A stretch of 64,000 nucleotides of DNA from Pseudonocardiaceae bacterium (GTDB taxonomy: Bacteria; Actinomycetota; Actinomycetes; Mycobacteriales; Pseudonocardiaceae). The stretch is from assembly GCA_036268615.1 (NCBI GenBank), contig DATATV010000051.1:22759-86758 (forward strand). Reading direction: 5' to 3'. Under the pieces are notes generated by a model. The model was not told the origin of the DNA, did no database searches, and saw only the letters and a list, made by a program, of their open reading frames with translations. The translations under genes were made by a program, and so were the position numbers. Positions 63,833 to 64,000 of this stretch are shown here, one piece after another (the first letter of the stretch is position 1; each line of letters opens with the position of its first letter).

Positions 63833-64000
63833 TTACTGGGCCGCCGCGACGTGGTTGGGCCGGGTCAGCACGAGCGGTTCGCCGTCGGTGATGGCGATGG
63901 TGTGTTCGCTGTGCGCGGTCCGGGAGCCGTCGGCGGATCGGATCGTCCAGCCGTCCGGGTCGTAGACGATCCGGTCGGTGCTGCGGGCGATCCACGGTTC
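63833..64000 (-). CDS. map: type I methionine aminopeptidase, C-terminal part (gene continues beyond window end)
   Basis: Reverse-complement translation ...[40 protein letters not shown]-stop, the canonical MAP C-terminus (AHxEHT). Confidence 0.75.
   Translation of the reverse strand, partial: EPWIARSTDRIVYDPDGWTIRSADGSRTAHSEHTIAITDGEPLVLTRPNHVAAAQ

Overview
High-G+C actinomycete chromosomal segment. The gene order resembles Streptomyces/Micromonosporaceae, but I cannot assign a species from sequence alone. A conserved housekeeping backbone is recognisable by direct translation: radical SAM TIGR03960-type protein (partial), ndk, DUF4233, folC, valS, clpX, clpP2, clpP1, tig, tRNA-Pro, tRNA-Gly, nei, rpiB and map (partial). 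Accessory blocks interrupt it.

- About 12.9-16.0 kb: three tandem paralogues of an unknown single-pass membrane protein.
- About 16.1-19.2 kb: a YdeP/FdhF-type molybdoenzyme with fdhD.
- About 19.3-21.0 kb: an XRE(DUF5753-like)/DUF397/membrane-protein trio.
- About 21.1-25.1 kb: ArgP-LysE, TetR, a tautomerase-NTF2 fusion and an SDR.
- About 25.1-27.0 kb: a low-G+C three-gene cassette bracketed by a perfect 40-bp direct repeat.
- About 34.7-39.0 kb: a glycosyltransferase::WS/DGAT fusion operon.
- About 39.0-47.6 kb: a seven-gene, translationally coupled hopanoid cluster (hpnC-hpnD-hpnE-polyprenyl synthase-shc-hpnG::ispH-hpnH).
- About 49.3-56.3 kb: a lower-G+C island next to tRNA-Gly.

The tRNA-Gly island holds an integrase C-terminal fragment and a degenerate copy of the tRNA 3' end. 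It also holds an inositol-monophosphatase-family gene coupled to a 421-aa orphan. Convergent to these is an operon with a TIR-domain protein followed by a 3-TM helix-hairpin-helix membrane protein. This TIR module and its neighbours are my best candidate for an undescribed (defence-like) system.

No CRISPR array, rRNA or intact transposase was seen. Many long ORFs in the six-frame track are antisense or alternative-frame artefacts of the high G+C content and were not called. All functional calls rest on motif recognition by eye, with no database search.
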